NCBI GenBank assembly: GCA_013239625.1
Contig: MU053881.1
Span: forward strand, 806,001 to 870,000
From: Lama guanicoe
Taxonomy: Eukaryota
Direction: 5' to 3'
Length of the DNA stretch: 64,000 nt
The position numbers were made by a program, and so were the translations under genes. Each line of letters starts with the position of its first letter. Within the stretch, counting starts at the first letter, position 1. Below, piece by piece: positions 60,077-64,000 of this stretch. The notes below the pieces were generated by a model. The model ran no database searches and was not told the origin of the DNA. It saw only the letters and a list, made by a program, of their open reading frames with translations.

Positions 60077-61213
60077 GCAAGGTGAGAACTCTTGACCTCC
60101 TCAGGGTTCTATGCTGGGGCGGGGTGGAGACAAGGCACTGTCTCCCTTGCCTGGCATCACCCTCCTCTTCTCACCCTGGGCTCCAGGAGCCCCTGAAAAC
60201 AGAGGCTTTTTGGCCACCTCGAAGGCCTACTGGTGGTGGGGTCCACCCTCTAGGACAGCTCCACAAAAGAGGGCTGCATGGGCCCTGAACATGAGCCTGG
60301 GCTTTGTGGGCAGGACCTGCGGGATCTAGGGGACCCAGAGCACAGTCTGGAGGGTGAGGGAGTAGGCTTGGGTGGGCACCTCCCCTTGACCCCGTAGACA
60401 CCGCATCCCATGGAAAGGGGCGTGGCTAGAAGCAGGTCTGAGAGGGAGGCAGAGGGCAGGTTCTAACAGGCTCCTGCTCCCCGGCAGCTGTCTCGGGGCT
60501 TAGCCTGTCGTATAAGGCCTTGCTGACGGATTGGAGATTCCAGGGTAGCACGGGAGCTGGTGTTCTCTGCATCTGCCATCTAGACCCTTCCTGATGCTGG
60601 CTGCCACGGCCCTTCTCCTGGTCTCCACTTTCTTGCGTTAAGATGAGGAGGGTTGATAGCCATGGCCCCAAACATTCTCTTGGAGTTCATGTTCATTCCA
60701 AGAATCTGTGATTTCCGAATTGAGACCCTGATAACCTATACGCTGTGGGGGGATTTAGCTGGTTGGTTAGAGAAAGAGTGATTTTTCTTTTCTTTTGAAA
60801 AAATGAATAGAAATATTTATGAAGATTTCTTTCTTAAATTACATTGCCAAGGGAGATAGGCTCACACTAAACAGAAAAATAAGAGTATTTCATATATATA
60901 TGCATATATATATAATTTTTAAATCAGTTACCATTTCAAAGTACATTTTAAAGAATACAATCATCTTTCAAATAGCTTGTAAGTGTGATTTGTAGGGAAT
61001 GGCTGTTACAAAATCACTCCTACTGGTTTTATGAGATTTTCATACGAATGTTATGGTACGCGTTGGATCTGAGGGCAATGTCTGCACACAGTCTGTTATC
61101 ATTAAGAAATACTTTTGTGAAGCCTGTTTTGTGGGTGAAAAAAAAAATGAAATGCACTAGCCTACTTTCAAAAAGCTTCAAAAAGCTTACTCTCTCCTAA
61201 GAGAAATCTATTT

Positions 61214-61526
61214 ATCCATCCATCCATCCATCCATCCATCCACTTGTCCATTTCTCAACCCTCCCATTTGTTCATACATTCATGTATTTATCCACTTATT
61301 CTGCCCATCTATCCATCTACCTATCACCTACTCATTTGCTCCTTATCCATACATTCATTAATTTACTGCATATCCCAACCAACCAACATCTATCTATCCA
61401 TCAGTTCATCCACATATCTATCCATCCATCCACCCATCCATCCATCCGTCCGTCCGTCCATCCACCTATCCATCCAGCCATCCAGCCATCCACCCATCCA
61501 TCCGTCCATCCATCCATCCATCCATC
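61214..61526 (+). repeat. Degenerate (CCAT)n simple repeat
   Basis: Seen directly. Confidence 0.95.
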
Positions 61527-64000
61527 CTCTCCTCCCTGAGAGGAGCCAAGCCTTGTATAGGCCATGTGGTGGAATGGTTAGAGAATACTCTGGGTTTCTA
61601 GGAACTGGCTCTGCCCTGACCCTCTTCATTAAGTTCAGTGAAGGAAGTCACTGCAGCCTCACACGCATCTGCCCCCTTAGCCAAAGAAGCAATGTGGTTA
61701 TTAGCTCAACAGGAGAAAATGCCAGAGGCAGGTGACTGGGGTCAATATTCATTTCTCATACAGACCTGATAATGGAGAATGAGTCTTCACTCTGCAGCAA
61801 GGCTCGACTTTGGATATTTTTGAAGTGAGCATTCTGCACCCCAGAGGAGAAGGCTCCATGGTTCCCACCCTCTCCCCTGCCAACAGGCCCAGAACCAGCA
61901 CAACCCCAGGGTCAGCAGACCATGAGGCTGACACTTCCTTCCCAGCAGCCTGGGACTGCCCAAGGGCCACTGAGCTTAGGTCTCCGCCACTCACGGGAGG
62001 GGCAGGGTCAAATGTAGGGGAGTGGGTACAGAGATGGGCCCACCCTTGGGGCCAGAAGGGGGTTCAATCTCCTCCAAACTCAAAGGCCTGAGCAGAATCC
62101 CTGTGGAATGGTGGAGTGGCCATCCTGAAAAGCGGACAGCACCTCTTCACTCCCCGGTCACCCATGGGTAGGGGTCCTACCAGCAGGACCCCCGTCTGGG
62201 ATTGGCCCTTGACTCCCCACCCCACATCCCAACTGCTAACAAGTGGGCACAGCTCATTCTACAGCGTTGGGGGGGATTTTTGCCCCAGCTGTTGCCACCC
62301 TCCATGGGTCACAGCCCAGCGGCCGGCTCTTCTCCCTGTGCTGGGCCACCTCATGCAGCTGGAGAGAAACCATGACCTATTCCTCCTGTCCCCACGGGTG
62401 AGGGGCCCATCAGAGCCTCCATCCACTCACCTCTGCAGCACCTCGACCTCAGGAGGGAGACCGGCTGGGTGGGTGGCAGAGCGTGGGCGTAGTTCACCTA
62501 GACCGGGGCTCGCGCCTGCCGTCCAAAGCTGCCTAGTATTTACCGAGTAAAAGTCATTGCCCTGGAGACGCGGGCTTTGTTGACACTGAGGGATGAACGT
62601 TGTCTGGTCTGTGGGTCTGCAGAGGAAGCCTCCTGTGTTTCTGGACAGAGTCTCAGGGAGAAGGCACCTGCAGGGGCCCAGAGACGGGCAATCGTGGGCG
62701 ACTGGGGGTGGCCTGGGCCCAGGAGGCGGGTGGTCTGAACAGCCTGGGGTCTGGGATGCGTAGGGGCGACCCTGCCTGCAGGCTTTCCCTGAGTGTCTAG
62801 TCCTGGCCTAGGGGACTGCCTTCCTCTACTTTCCCTTTCACCTGGGGCCAGCTCTGCCCGGTCCCTTCATGGCCTCCGTTGTCGGGCTCAGCCCCAGGTC
62901 CTAGGAGGGAGGATCTAGGGACACCCTAGTCCCATACCTGGGGTCTCCACAACCAGGTTTCTTTTGACCTGGGTGGTTGGGCCCTGCCCTGGGTCTCCCA
63001 GGCACTCTACACTTCGGGGTGCCTTCCTCAAAATTGTCTAAGTCCACATGCAGTGCCTGGGACCAGCCAGGCTGGCAGGGGTGCCCAGGTGGGGCTCTCC
63101 CCGTCTGAACAGGACCCGTGTGGGCTCTGGCTCTGTTTTTCTCCCTCAGATACTATCTGACCCTGCACCCAACACGTGGAGTTGACCACAGTCCTCAAGG
63201 GCTCCAGGACACAGACTGAGGGCCCTGTGGCTGGGCCCTGGTCCCAGAAAAGTGGCCTCGTGAGCAAATGCTTGCTACTGGTTTTCCTTTTGTGGGATCA
63301 TGTGAGGGTTGGCTGCCAGAAGGGTGCTGACATGCTGATTTGGGGTGACTCAAAGTTTATGCAGACAGAGGTCCCACAAGAGATACTTTTCCAGTGGCCT
63401 GCCTGCCCTCGTCTGCACAACTCACGCTGTCTGCTGGGTACCAGTAAGTACCTAAGCACCCCACCATCTCCCTACCTGACCCCTCTTTCTAGCACAACCC
63501 CTGGGCAGACTGCTGGCTGCGTGCTCCGACTTATTTCTTGCAGCCACCACCCCAATTTTGATCTGAGGATCCTCATGGGGCCCAGCTAGTCTTCACCCCC
63601 TGGGCCACTCTCTGCTCCTCCCTCCTCTATGCCTGTGGTCCACGTCCCTGTCTGCCTGTGTCCCAGGGGGTGTCTGCGCCTGCCGCCTCCCCGGCCTGGG
63701 CTGCCTCTCCGGGCCGCTGCGGGGTCTGAACGTCCCTGTCACCAGCCAGCCTGCCTCAGACACTGGATGTCTGTGAGGACAAGTCTGATGTGTGCAGGGG
63801 CCGCCAAGTGGAAACTTCACATTGGTGACAGATGCTTCCTCCCAGACAGCCGATAAAGGTCGCTCCTAAATTCCAGAATAAAAGCCTCCACTTTACTGGA
63901 AAATGTCAGAAAGAAGAACGACTGCCCTTTGCTGAGCTGAGCCGAGCCCTGCGGGTTTTGGCAGGCGGGGGGTGGGGGGGAGCCACGGAGGGCGAGGCGC

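Noticed and set aside
1..64000. CRISPR array, operon or other prokaryote-type system
   Set aside because: Mammalian repeat-rich DNA; no regularly spaced direct repeats or gene-dense organisation.

Overview
Mammalian genomic DNA, most likely camelid (alpaca/llama/camel), inferred from about ten copies of a tRNA-Ala-derived SINE of the Vic-1 type and a young artiodactyl-type L1 3' end. I find no intact protein-coding gene; the window reads as repeat-dense intergenic or intronic DNA. The gene-derived sequences are retrocopies. (1) A 5'-truncated SHMT1 processed pseudogene (minus, ~11922-14420) whose 3' UTR appears to be split by two LTR insertions. (2) A cap-to-poly(A) FTL processed pseudogene (minus, 26186-26909) with a 12-bp TSD, a lost ATG, an internal deletion and a retained iron-responsive element. 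(3) A ~160-nt polyadenylated, TSD-flanked fragment of an unidentified transcript (4047-4204). The rest is L1 (old and young, including twin-priming inversions), L2/MIR, ERV1/ERVL/MaLR LTRs, an ERVL pol remnant, hAT-Charlie and Tigger DNA transposons, simple repeats and a few CpG-rich, possibly regulatory stretches. I do not see evidence for a novel biological system. Repeat subfamily names come from recalled consensus sequences, and boundaries without TSDs are approximate.
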